From: Octopus bimaculoides
Lineage: Eukaryota
Direction of reading: 5' to 3'
DNA length: 43,220 nt
NCBI RefSeq assembly: GCF_001194135.2
Contig: NC_068983.1
Location: forward strand, 158,600,142-158,643,361
Part shown: positions 22,931-34,469 of the stretch, piece by piece
Layout: each line of letters begins with the position of its first letter
Numbering within the stretch: position 1 is the first letter of the stretch
Made by a program: the position numbers and the translations under genes
The notes under the pieces: model-generated
The model's database searches: none
What the model saw: the letters and a program-made list of their open reading frames with translations, nothing else
Told to the model about the DNA's origin: nothing

Positions 22931-23435
22931 TCATTCCATCCCCTTTCTCTAGTATCTAGTATACTTCCTTCTCATCCAATTGCTTTCTTTATATTTCCCT
23001 CTGAAAATATTTACAAAATTCCTTACCATCTCTCCAACTTTGGACATAGTTATCTCTAACCTCATGCAATAAAGTGTTCTCTGAAGATCCGTTTCTAGTT
23101 AAACATCCAAATACACTTGGAACACCTATTTCAGGACTCTAAACAACAATAATAGGTGAAACATGTGTAAGAACTGTAATATAAACTTGTGTTTACCCTT
23201 ATTTCTTGTATATACATGTATATGTATGGTCTTGCAAGTTATGAGGCAATTGTTATTAGTGCTGGCATTATGAGAAAAGTACCTAGTAGTTGGTGTTAGG
23301 TGGGGCATTCAGCCATAGAAAATATAACAAAATAGACATTTGTGTATGATACAGTCTTCTGACTCATCAGACACTATCAAACTGTCCAATCCATGCCAGC
23401 ATGGAAGCCAGCTGTTAAACGGTGACGACAACAAC

Positions 23436-23628
23436 TATTATTATTATTTCCCTTTGTCACAGGTTTTGTTGGAGCTCCTGGAGTCTTGCATGTGTAGCAG
23501 ACTTGCTACCGGCAGCCTACGGTACCATGCTATCCATTCTTTTCAGTTATCTAATACTTTCCTGATAATTCTGGCCATGCCAAGGAGGCAAACCTTTTGT
23601 AAGAGTTCTACTGGGCACTCTATTCCAA
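23436..23628 (-). mobile_element. 3' end of an R4/Dong-like non-LTR element with (AAT)n tail
   Basis: Minus translation IGIECPVELLQKVCLLGMARIIRKVLDN*, resembling an RLE C-terminus; ATT repeats on both sides. Confidence 0.7.
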
Positions 23629-23654
23629 TTATTATTATTATTATTATTATTATT

Positions 23655-24210
23655 GAGTGAGAGAACAGTGCATGCCATCAAAGTGACACTGGGGTAAAAT
23701 ATACAAAACCCAATATACCCATCATGACTACCCGTCTGATAAGAGTACACCAGGCACATGCATCACAACCATATGCGCGTGACATGGTGATCTCATATCA
23801 AGATAAACAGCGCATGACTTCGCAGGTGGGGCCCAGTTAGAATTTTCTTCAGGTCGAGTAGCCCATTTCACTCAAAAGGTCCCTGAATAAGGTTTGTTTA
23901 AGGATGTTGAGAAAAACACCTATGTTTCCATAGGTGAATTATTCAAATTCCAAAGAATTCCTCTCAACACATGGCTATGATGCTCCCCCACTACTTCTGC
24001 TCATGATCAGAGATGCACATATCGTCAGCCACCAAGGGACATGCTCAACTGGTTAAGGTCAAACAACTGACAAACAAATCTGTTGTATTGAGTAGAATAT
24101 TTGCTGTAGCCCATCTTTTTATACCAAGGCAAAACAATGTACATGATAACACTTCCAATCAATTAAAATCAGAAGCCATGAGAGCCACTGCCTGGTACTG
24201 CATCCGGGCA
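23655..24210 (-). mobile_element. ~556-bp non-coding interspersed element embedded in ATT/ATC microsatellites
   Basis: Sharp boundaries at (ATT)n 23629-23654 and (ATC)n(ATT)n 24211-24279; higher GC than the flanks; no long ORF; recalled as an abundant octopus repeat. Confidence 0.65.
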
Positions 24211-24279
<69 letters not shown>

Positions 24280-24377
24280 GAATCTTGCTTCAGAAAAATG
24301 ACAAGACATTCTGCTTTAGTTGTCAAATAAGTATGTTGTAAAATAACACAATTTTAGTGAATGTTCATAAATTTCAG

Positions 24378-24480
24378 ATGGAAAAAATGCTTTCAGAAAG
24401 AGGTCTGTGCTTCATTTCATAGTTCAGCTAAACCTGAGGAACTGCAAGAAATGTTACCCTCAGTTTATAAATTCCGAGAG
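24378..24480 (+). CDS. Exon WKKCFQKEVCASFHSSAKPEELQEMLPSVYKFRE
   Basis: atttcag acceptor, GAG|gtaaat donor, phase 2->0. Confidence 0.88.
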
Positions 24481-25379
24481 GTAAATTTACAACCTTTCTT
24501 TTGTGAAAATGTAACTACTGACATTGAATGAGAAACATTAAATGCATTGTTGAGAGGTGGGATAAATGTTTGAAGGTTAACCTATTGCTGATTTAGTCTA
24601 AATTATCAGAGATTTTTTTGTAGAATTTTAGATTATATATTAGAAACTTAACGTATGTTTGTGATGAATCCAATTAAATTGAATTAATTTATTAATGAGA
24701 ATTGATGCAAATTTTGTAGCCTGTTACTGAAAGTTAAACAATATAATTGGGACCTTTAAATCAATCTGCTTGTTACTTCTGTTTTTCTATCTGCTAATAT
24801 ACATCATCTCTATTCTGTTTTGACTCTGCTTAATAATCTACAAGTCTTGACTTGCTTTGCTCTTTGATTCACAAATATTGTCCTTTACTAACAACCTATC
24901 TCTAGTACTTAGTATAACATATCTATTCCACTTTCTGCCAGTAATGTAATATATCTCCTCTTTTATAATAATGAATAAAATGAATTACAATTTAATCATT
25001 TATTTTATGGTTCACACTGCTTTTGGATGAAAGTTCAAGAAAATAATTTTATTCTATTTGTTTCAGTCATTGTGCTACTCCCATGCTGGAGCACCAAGTG
25101 TTTTAGTCAATTTATTGATTGCAGTACTTAGTGTGATATCCATTTTATCATATGTTTCTGTTTACCGACTGAGTTATGTCTTCTTGGGTACATAAAGCCA
25201 CAAAATAGGACACATTTGAGAGTTGATGTATAATTTTTTAAAAATTCTTTGGAGCTGAAATAAATTATTAGGGATTAACATATTAGTCCTCTTATGCCTA
25301 ATTTTTCTCTCAATAACTTAGCATTTTTTCATCCTTGCACATTGGCATAGAACTTTCAATGGAGTATACAAGCTTCATT

Positions 25380-25900
25380 GCTCTCTAGTCTTCACATGTC
25401 CTTTATATTCAAGCTCAAATGTCTCAATTTTAAATTCCTCTGTTATGGCCTGGATGACAATGATGAATATAGGGGACTGAAAACTGAACCACAGTGACTC
25501 TTACTTGTGCACTAAATACATCACTGTACTCATGGCTGACCCTTATCCCATTGACAGCTTTGCTCTATATGGCATTTTTCTACTCCTACCTTCCTGAGAG
25601 ACCACCGGATGACGGAGTGAGGGGTTCTGCCAAAAGCTTTCTCCAGGTTGATGAAAGCCAAGTACAATGGTTTACTTTAGGCTAGATGCTTCTCTTGCAG
25701 TTGTCTCACTAAAAAGATGGAATCTGTAGTACTCTTCCCCGGTACAAAACCAAACTGCTTCTCATCTAGTTTAATTCTATTCTATTTGATTGAGTTATAA
25801 CTCTTTCTGTAATTTTCATGACCTGGCCCAGCAGTTTGATACCTCTGTAGTTGTTTCTATCTAAGTCTCCACCTTTACCCTTGTAGCAACTGACTACAAC
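25380..25900 (-). mobile_element. Degraded RTE LINE fragment
   Basis: YKGKGGDLDRNNYRGIKLL; tail of the RT region (KAFAEPL, EFLYADD-like). Confidence 0.75.
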
Positions 25901-27779
25901 ACCACTATAACATACATACATACCTACATACATATCTATGTATGGAGAAGGCTGATTCGAAGATGACAGATCCAAGTCATCACTGGAACTGTAAAAATCT
26001 GTAAAACTTTACAGAAGTTTATCATTTAAGGATATATGAGCATGTCTAGACATGCAAGTGTATGCTTGAGAAAACACATAAAACAAAACAGAAATTTGCA
26101 CACACATGCATGCACGCATGCTTGCATGTGAGAGAGAGGGTTAACTTGTGTATTGAGAGTTAAAGTAAACTGCCACTGGTATCTGAAGTAAATGTTCACT
26201 GCTTGAATAGTTACCTGGGAACTGAGCTAAATAAAAGACATTACAAATATAATCTATCTACTTTTATTAAAGCTGTCTTTTGCAGATTATCCAACTAACC
26301 TTTTGTTTAGAAAATTTCTACATTCAATGTTATGTTCTATTTTTTTATCCAGACAACTTTAAATAATGTTTATTTCTAAAATAGCAATCTGATTAAAATT
26401 GATTGACAATTGTTTTGAAAGTAAAATCTGAAACACAATTTACTTCACTTTTATGTTTTCATACACTTCATACTAGTTATTTCATATATTTAAGCCACCA
26501 TTACTTTGGCCATGCTAGAGCTCTCAACCTAATTGTATTGTCCTTTATCATTGGAGTTGTAAACTTGAGAAACACTTTAGTTATAACTTATAAAGAATTG
26601 CTTTCTACAGTTATCTACATTATAAAGTAGTGTTAAGCTGTCCATGAACCATTCCCTGGCACATTTTATTCTTCGTTGTAGCTGTTTTCTTGACTTACAT
26701 TACTGATGCCTTTCAAAAGTACATGAACACAAATTTGCACTCCTCTTTCCTATGTACCTCTATGTCCAATGCAGGAAATCAATGATTACTCATTTATCTT
26801 CTTAAATATAAATTCCTTCGACACCAAGTATGACCTGGTAGCATGTACCATACTTTTGCTAATTGTTTTAGGTGCCTGTGTAGTTGCACATAGACACAAA
26901 CACAGCTACATCCAAGTCACTCCCATCCTCTCTTTTATAATGTGAGTAGCCTTGTAGCTCCTCTAGAGCAAGAAACCTGTTCAGTTCTAGCCCCTTCTCT
27001 CACACTTTAACCCCCTCATCATCTTGGTTAAAGCAGTCTACCTCTCTACTGTAGTCTTACTCAATGAATGTCACTAATGCTGATGCCTTAAAAAAAGCCC
27101 ACCCAGTACACAATGGTTGGATTCTAGGAAGGGCATCCAGACATAGAAACTAATGTCAAGGCAGTCATTAGAGAATAACGCAGTCTTTGAGCCTGCTGGA
27201 TCCCATTAACCCATCCAACCTATGCCAGTACGGACTATAGATTTTAAATGATAATGATGACCAGTCTTCTTTCAGTTTCTATTCACCAAATTTTGGTCAT
27301 GGATTGGTAGTTAATGGATATAGTCACAAACTATTTTCTTGTATTTTTGCAATTCTTCAATGGAAATGAATGATTAACTGTAAATACATCGCAGCACATT
27401 TCTGCAACATACAGCATGCATTATACTTAATTGTTATTATTCAAATTTTTCTTGTTGATATAACTTGTAATTTTATTATTATGGATACTCTCCTAGGAGA
27501 TAATTTTACCAATGCAAGAAATTGTTGTTGTTTTTCCTTTGGTATATTTTGTAATTTTATGAATATTATAAAATACTGTACTTCAACAAAAATGGAGTAA
27601 AAACTAATGATTCACAAAAATTAAGTTTAATAATGCTGTGCTGCATTTACCTTAAATGAGAGGTTAGTTATATTGAATTTTTTAGTAGATTCAAAGTCCT
27701 CTCTTTTTACTTAAAAGAAGAAATAAGAAGCTGGAACATGTTTTTCCAGGGTCAATATTATTTTAAGTGAACTTTAATA

Positions 27780-29600
27780 TCAGGTGCATCCCATTAGTAA
27801 TGTCCAAATTTTGGGTAAGAAAAAGAGTGATCTAATTTTACATTTTATTAAAATTTAATCCTGTATATAATTCCTATCATTTTTTATGACATCCTTCCAT
27901 CTATTCATCAGTTTTTAAATTCTATTGGTGAAAAATTCTTTTGATTTTGATGAAAAGAAGGAAGAGATGTCAGGTTTGATTTTGTAAGCTTTGAATCAAA
28001 TGGTAATCAGAAAGAGCGAGGTCTGGGGAATAAGGTGGGTGAGGGATTTTTTCCCTGCCAAGTTGATTTTTTTTTTTTCTGATGTATTCTATGCAGTGTG
28101 GGGGCCTTACATATTATCATGATAAAACACCACTCTCTTACAGTTCACCAAAGCAGGGCTTTTTTTCTTCAATGCAGCAGCCAAATGCTCTAATTGTTGG
28201 TAATAGGTGTGACAGTTATTGTTGCATTAGCTGGCAGCAGCTCAAAGTGGGTGACTTCGATGCAATCTCACCAAACAGAAAGAAAAACACTTTTTACATG
28301 GAGGTTCTTTTTGGGTTCTCCACAACTCAGCCATTGCCTGCATCATTTAAAATTTTCATAAAACATCCATTTTTCATCAGCAGTCACTAATCTGTCCATA
28401 AATGGTGAGATATGTCCACCAAAGTAAAAAGATGAGCAAATGTCCGCTTGGGATTTTTGGTTAGCTTCTGTCAAATCATAGAGAACCCATTTTCTAAGTT
28501 TAGGCACCTTTCTAAGCTGTTGAAGATGGTGGTGAACAGTTCAATGGCTTGAATTGAGCTTGCTTGTCAATTCCTCAACTGACCCAGCATTATCCTTCTC
28601 AAGCTCTGACAAAAGAAGCTCATCATTAAATTCAACAGGATATTTTTTGCCTTTGATGAAAAGAAGGAAGAGATGTCAGTTTTGACTTATTTGGGGCTTT
28701 TGAGTAACTAATCCATCTAAATGATTCTGTAAGCTTTGAAACAAATAGTAATCAGTGGGAGCAAGGTCCAGGGAATAAGGTGAGCGAGAGATTTTTTCCT
28801 AGTCAAGTTCTTCAATTTTTGCTGAAGTAATCTTTGTAGTGTGGGGCTTTGCTTTATCATGAAGAAACACCCCTCCCTTATGATTTGCCAAAGTTGTCCA
28901 TTTTTTCTTCAAATCAGCATCCAAACACTTTGATTGTTGGCAATGGGTGTGAGCTGTAATTATTGCATTAGATAGTAGCAGCTCAAAGTGGATGATTCCA
29001 ATGCAATCCCACCAAACAGAAAGAAGAATCTTTTTTGCATGGAGGTCCCTTTTTGGGTTGTAGTTTAGTCTCTTCTCCACAAGTAAGCCATTGAGTGCAA
29101 TGCTTAAGATTTTTATAAAAAATCCATTTTTCATCAGCAGTCAGTTATCAGTCCAAAAATGGCAAGCACGTTCTTGAGAGTGAAGAGATGAGCAGATGCT
29201 CACTCATGATTTTCAATTGGCTTCTAGCAAATCATGAGGAATCCATTTCTCGAGTTTGGGCACCTTTCCAAGCTATTGAAAATAGCGGTGAATAGTTGAA
29301 TGGCTTGAATTGAGCTTGCTTGCCAATTCTTCAACTAACACAGCATTATCCTTCACAAGCTCTGACAAAAGTAGATCATCATCAAATTCAAAAGGGCATC
29401 CTATTTGTGACCACTCTCTTAGACTGAAATCACCATTTTTGAACTTTGCAAACCATCTTCTGCAGCTTCTTTCATTCAACCACACTTCTCCATAAAGAGA
29501 ATGGATATTTCAGATTGCTTCTGCTGCACTGTTTCCCTTTTTGAACTCATAAAGCATTATGTGCATTAAATGCTCCTTTGATATGTCCATCTTAGAGAGG
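27780..29600 (-). mobile_element. Mariner (DD34D-type) transposase relics, two head-to-tail partial copies
   Basis: CRRWFAKFKNGDFSL, KKILLSVWWD, FLHDKAKPH motifs; TA-TCAGGTG terminus at 27778; duplicated blocks (tttgatgaaaagaaggaagagatgtcag near 27946 and 28651). Confidence 0.88.
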
Positions 29601-29932
29601 TTAATTAATATTAGTACTTCAATCAGATTATTTTGCAAAAAGAAATTATACAGTTACAGGTTTCCAAATTCATATGAGTAGCAATCAATATGTTTTGACA
29701 TTTGAGAATACTGTAAAATTTGTTAGAAATTACATATATGATATTTCAGACAATTTTCATAAGACGACTTGATAGTTTCATTTGGGATACAAAACCAGAT
29801 CACAAACTTGACTTTATGGGAGCAGAAGCTGACCTATGCTCGAAAAAGCTGGTCAGAATCTGAGAGAGATATATTGCTATTTGGTTTAAAAAGCAATTTT
29901 ATTTATAATCATTCAAGACTGATTTTGACCCA

Positions 29933-30068
29933 CATCATCATCATCATCATCATCGTTTAACGTCCGCTTTCCATGCTAGCATGGGTTGGACGACTTGACT
30001 GAGGACTGGTGAAACCGGATGGCAACACCAGGCTCCAATCTAAATTTGGCAGAGTTTCTACAGCTGGA
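29933..30068 (-). mobile_element. Young 5'-truncated RTE 3' end
   Basis: About 3 differences from the reverse complement of 35126-35262. Confidence 0.92.
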
Positions 30069-31048
30069 GCGAGTTCAAAATTAGTGTTTACTGTGTTCAT
30101 CCTCTAAACAAGGCAAAAAGCTCTGCTTGCTTCAGTTTGCCTATCTAACAACAGAAATTCCTTTTTATTCTGCAGTATATTAGTTTATGGTAGGCTGGGT
30201 ATAGAACTGTAAAATCAATTACTCTAACAATTTATAAATATCTAAAGTTGCAAAACTATCTGCTTATTACAAGTGTGGAGAAATGGATGTAAAGCAGTAA
30301 AAAATATAATAAATATTTGTCTTAAAAGTTGTGTGCATTAAGTTTGTGCTTATAGTAACAAATAATGTCGTAGTTTATAGCAATGCAAAGGTGATGTTTT
30401 TGAGAAGGGCTGCACAAGATATGAATCATTATCAGGGGATTATCAGCCATATTAAAAAAAAAAAAAATCAAAGTAATTTTTTTTCTTTAGGCATGCCATT
30501 CAGAAGATCCTACAGGCACGACTAGTTTCTAAGCATTGTATATATTATGATCATTTGTGGTTCTCCTACTAGAAATAGTTCTTTTACATATGCTGACCAA
30601 ATCTTTCAGTATCCATATTAAAGGCAAAATATTCCTTGAATGACTTATGTAGATCAGTTATTTAATTTATGAATGAGTTGAATGTTATACTGAACATTAA
30701 TATATATGCTAATATTTATATAGCAAGTTTATCATTGTCAATTAACATGGAGGAATAAAAATATCAGAGTTAAAAATATCATAAAAATAGATTAAGTATG
30801 TAATTTGAGAGAAAGAAGTAACGGCAAGGTCTTTGTTGTGTAATCAGTAATGTGGGTAACCTTGATAAATATTTGGCTTGAGTTCCATCTATGGACCTGT
30901 TTTACTTTTCTGTCTTATAATATCTAATAAAGTTTTATGTACATAAAACATTAATTTTAATGATATTGCTCTGAAGCAGTTGTTCTGAAATAGCTTTTCT
31001 TCAAAAGCATTTAACAATTATTTTGATATGATTTGTCAATAACCTTAA

Positions 31049-31258
31049 CCCTTTATCTTCTAAACCAGCCATATCCAGCACAAATATTCTGCCCATTTCA
31101 TGTTCAAACTAGCCTCTCCCACCTATCCTATAATGTCATTCTAAAAATAAACAAGCACATTATCAAAATTTTGAAGCTATGAAATAATGCATAATTAATT
31201 GAAAACAATGTGAATAAATGAGCATTACATTTGACTGAGTAATTTGAATGCTAAAGTG
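31049..31258. mobile_element. piggyBac-type MITE
   Basis: TTAA on both flanks; imperfect TIR ccctttatcttc / gaatgctaaagtg. Confidence 0.65.
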
Positions 31259-31321
31259 TTAAATATTGAATTCAATATTTAATTTATGTACGTATGTAAC
31301 TTTGTTTTTTTTTTTTAACAG

Positions 31322-31343
31322 AGACGTTCACTTTCAAATATAT
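31322..31343 (+). CDS. 22-nt micro-exon RRSLSNI(S)
   Basis: Long T tract plus aacag acceptor, T|gtaagt donor; supplies the phase 0->1 bridge required between 24480 and 33839. Confidence 0.8.
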
Positions 31344-31547
31344 GTAAGTATTCTGATTTTTTTGAAAGTTTCTTACAATTTAAGATATAATTAATCAAAT
31401 AAAAGAAAACCATTTATAGAAATAAAGTCCTCTTAGCTGAAGCACTAAATGTCAACATCTTTAAATGATTATAGTTATGCTCATCTTGATTGAGCAGACC
31501 CATGTTGAAAAGCATTCCAATTCCAACTGTGACCATCCCAGCATTTT

Positions 31548-33200
31548 ATTTCACACATAGTGTACCTGGAATATTCCTCTTCTAATGGGGGTGGCTTGGG
31601 TTTTTTTGAGTCTCTCTTTTGTCTGGGGCTGTAGCACTGTTTGCCACTTATTCATGGAATGTTTTATATATTTTATGATTATGGGTACTACCTTGTTTAT
31701 GGCTAGTGTTTCTAGGATCCATATGTGGAAAATACTATCAAAAGCCTTTCGATAATTAACCCAAGCTATACTTAAACCCTTCTTTTTCCTATGGTTGTTT
31801 TCAGTTATGGCTTTATTGATCAATAGTTGATCTTTACATCCATATGAGCTTTTGCAGCATTTCTTCTGCTCTTCTGGAAACAGGTTGTTTTCTTCCAGAT
31901 GTTTTCCCATTCTCTGCAATATTATTGCAGTAAAGGCTTTGTAAATTGTAGGAAGACAAGTTATTGGTCTGTAATTTTGTGGGTTTGCTGTTTCAGTGGA
32001 TTTGGGAATTAGGTTAGTTTTCCCTTCCGTAAGCCATTCAGGCATTGTCCCAGGCTCAGCTAGTATTTCTTTAAATTTCTTGGTTTCTTCCTGGATTTTA
32101 TTTATCAACTAGATTTGTTTTAGTGGTGATACTCCTGTTTGGATGGGTTTGAGAGTTAGGGTATCTTTTGTGGCCATATATTATATCATTTAACCTGGTC
32201 ATATTGACATTTGTTTCTGTGGTTATTAGTTCTGTGATGGCCAGGTTCATGTTATTTATCACTGATGTTGTTGTATTATCAATTTTAATTTTCGAGAGGT
32301 AAAATCGGTGGTCCATACTGAGATCTGTGGCTTTCAATTCTTTGACTATACTCATTTTTAGAGTATCATAATCATTAGGTTCCCCTTCACTGTTTTCAGG
32401 TTTTAGATTTGTTTTGTATTCCGTCCAATTCATAATTTTGTCTGTGATGTTCTGGTTTGGTGCTTTTTGCTCATCATTATGCATTCCTACAGTTTGGGTT
32501 TGTTGTCTTTTGTTGCTTACTTCGTTTTTGTTGGACATGTTATGTCTGTCTTCATATTTTACAGTCTCAATGTTTATGATATTACTAGGCATTGCTGTGT
32601 GGTCACTATCCACGTTTTCCTGATGTATTTTTCCTTTTAAGTGTTCTATTTCTTTCTCTGTTTTTTTTTTCTTTTGTATTTAGAACATATTTCCATATGT
32701 TAGCTAGTTTATTAGGGTTCATTGTTATATCCAAATCTTTATCTAGGTTATTTTTCTTCCAGATTGTATATGTATATGTTGTTGTGTTTTCATTCTGTGG
32801 GTAGAGCACTGCTGTAAAATAAGTGTGTAGGTTGGAAATATATTCCTCACGTGTCCATTTACACTTTTTTATTTTATTTGTGGGATGGGAAGAATAATGT
32901 CCGGCCCTTTATTTTGATGGTCATCATTTTCTTAGAGTATTAGTCTGTTCATTTCTGGTGTTAAATGGTTTTGCATGTGTAGTTTTTTGTACTTTTTGTG
33001 TAATAAGTTTAAAGTATGTACTTCTTGTTTGTTATCCTTGGGTTGAATAATCTGGGTATTATTTAATTTATTTTTAATTTTTTTTTTTGTGTTTGGTGAT
33101 TGGGGACCGAGACGGTGTGATGTTGATTGGACCATAATGTGGTGAGTGTATTCACACATATTGTGCGAGTGATGGAGATGATACACAGTTAAAATACATC
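31548..33200 (-). mobile_element. R4/Dong-like non-LTR retrotransposon fragment (N-terminal domain plus RT start)
   Basis: PEWLTEGKTNLIPK..NYRPITCLPTIYK..EQK..GCKDQLLINK..KAFDS; upstream TYTIWKKNN..NKLANIWKYVLN. Confidence 0.75.
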
Positions 33201-33480
33201 AGTTCATTTGGAAAATAGAAATAAATTCTAATGAGTATTCCTTACTTGATATAGTCCAACACTTTGCCAGTTATTTTTGGTTTCATTTGTTGTGTTTATT
33301 CCTGATATTTTTGGATAGATTTTGGAGCCGTGTTTTATTGCTCACTCATTACATCTTTACATTCTGAGTTCAGATTCCGCTGAGGTCGACTTTGCCTTTC
33401 GTCTTTTTGGAGTTGATGAATTAAATACCAGTGAAACACTGCTCCCCCAAATTTCAGGCCTTGTGCCTATAGTAGAAAGG

Positions 33481-33496
33481 ATTATTATTATTATTA

Positions 33497-33570
<74 letters not shown>
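33481..33570. repeat. (ATT)n microsatellite between two SINE-B pieces
   Basis: Direct observation. Confidence 0.97.
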
Positions 33571-33795
33571 GAGGCAGCGAGCTGGCAGAATTGTTACCAT
33601 GCTGAACAAAAATGCTTACTGGTATTTCATCAGTCTTTATGGTCTGAGTTCAAATTCCCCTGGAGTCAACTTTGTCTTTCATCCTTTTGGGGTTGATAAA
33701 TAAGTACCAGTTGAGCCTGGGATCAATGTCATCAACTTATCCCCCCCCCCCAGAACTTGCTGGCCTTGTGCCAAAATTTGAAGTCATTATTACTA
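33571..33795 (+). mobile_element. SINE family B
   Basis: gaggcagcgagctggcagaa head, B box gagttcaaattcc. Confidence 0.85.
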
Positions 33796-33838
33796 TTTCA
33801 ATTTCAAAAAAATCAATTTTTATCATCCTGTAATCTAG

Positions 33839-34040
33839 CTGAAACCAAAATGGAACTATCTGATCCAGGGATAACCAATGTGGACATATTGAATTACTTT
33901 TGTGACATTCAGAGCATGAAAGAGTCACCACAAAAGGAAGAGCCGCAACAAAAGGAAGAGCCACGACCAAAGGAGAAAACAGCAAGGACTTCATTAGTAG
34001 AAAACCAGCCTCTACCCAAAGAAAAAATGACCTCACTTAG
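33839..34040 (+). CDS. Exon ETKMELSDPGITNVDILNYFCDIQSMKESPQKEEPQQKEEPRPKEK...KMTSL(S)
   Basis: taatctag acceptor, AG|gtaaat donor, phase 1->2. Confidence 0.88.
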
Positions 34041-34469
34041 GTAAATAAACTTAATTGTTAGTACTTTCAAAATATAGATAATGATATCGGAATATCTGCC
34101 AAGTTTGTCTTCTGCATAAACAACTTATGGCTAAGTAGAGAGTATCATGCTTTTAAAGTTGTGGGTCAAAGATAATTTTTAATCAACTGAAATTATAACT
34201 ATATTGAGAAGAAAAGTCATTAGCATTAATGGTGATTGCTTTCAAAGGAGGAGAACTCACTCACAAAATTTTTCTTGACTTAAAATTTCTTTGATACCTA
34301 CAAGCAGAGAGCAAGTCTTATCTTTCACAACTATGTTTTAGTCATGTTAGACCTACTTAGTAAAACGTAATCAGCATACAGTTAACAAGATCTCCAAATA
34401 ACTCAGAAAATATCGTTTGTTTTATAAAAATAATTGAATGGTTAAGCAATTTATAATAATATGTCAATG

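Noticed and set aside
30491-30537. Strong acceptor followed by HAIQKILQARLVSKH (phase 2->1) or ACHSEDPTGTTSF* (phase 0)
   Set aside because: The in-phase reading stops at 30530-30532, the open reading is out of phase with 24480, and the donor is weak; at most a poison or cryptic exon
33322-33696. Poly-Ile, His-Thr and Lys/Phe-rich ORFs (also 6908, 12607, 22645, 24013)
   Set aside because: Translations of microsatellites and SINEs
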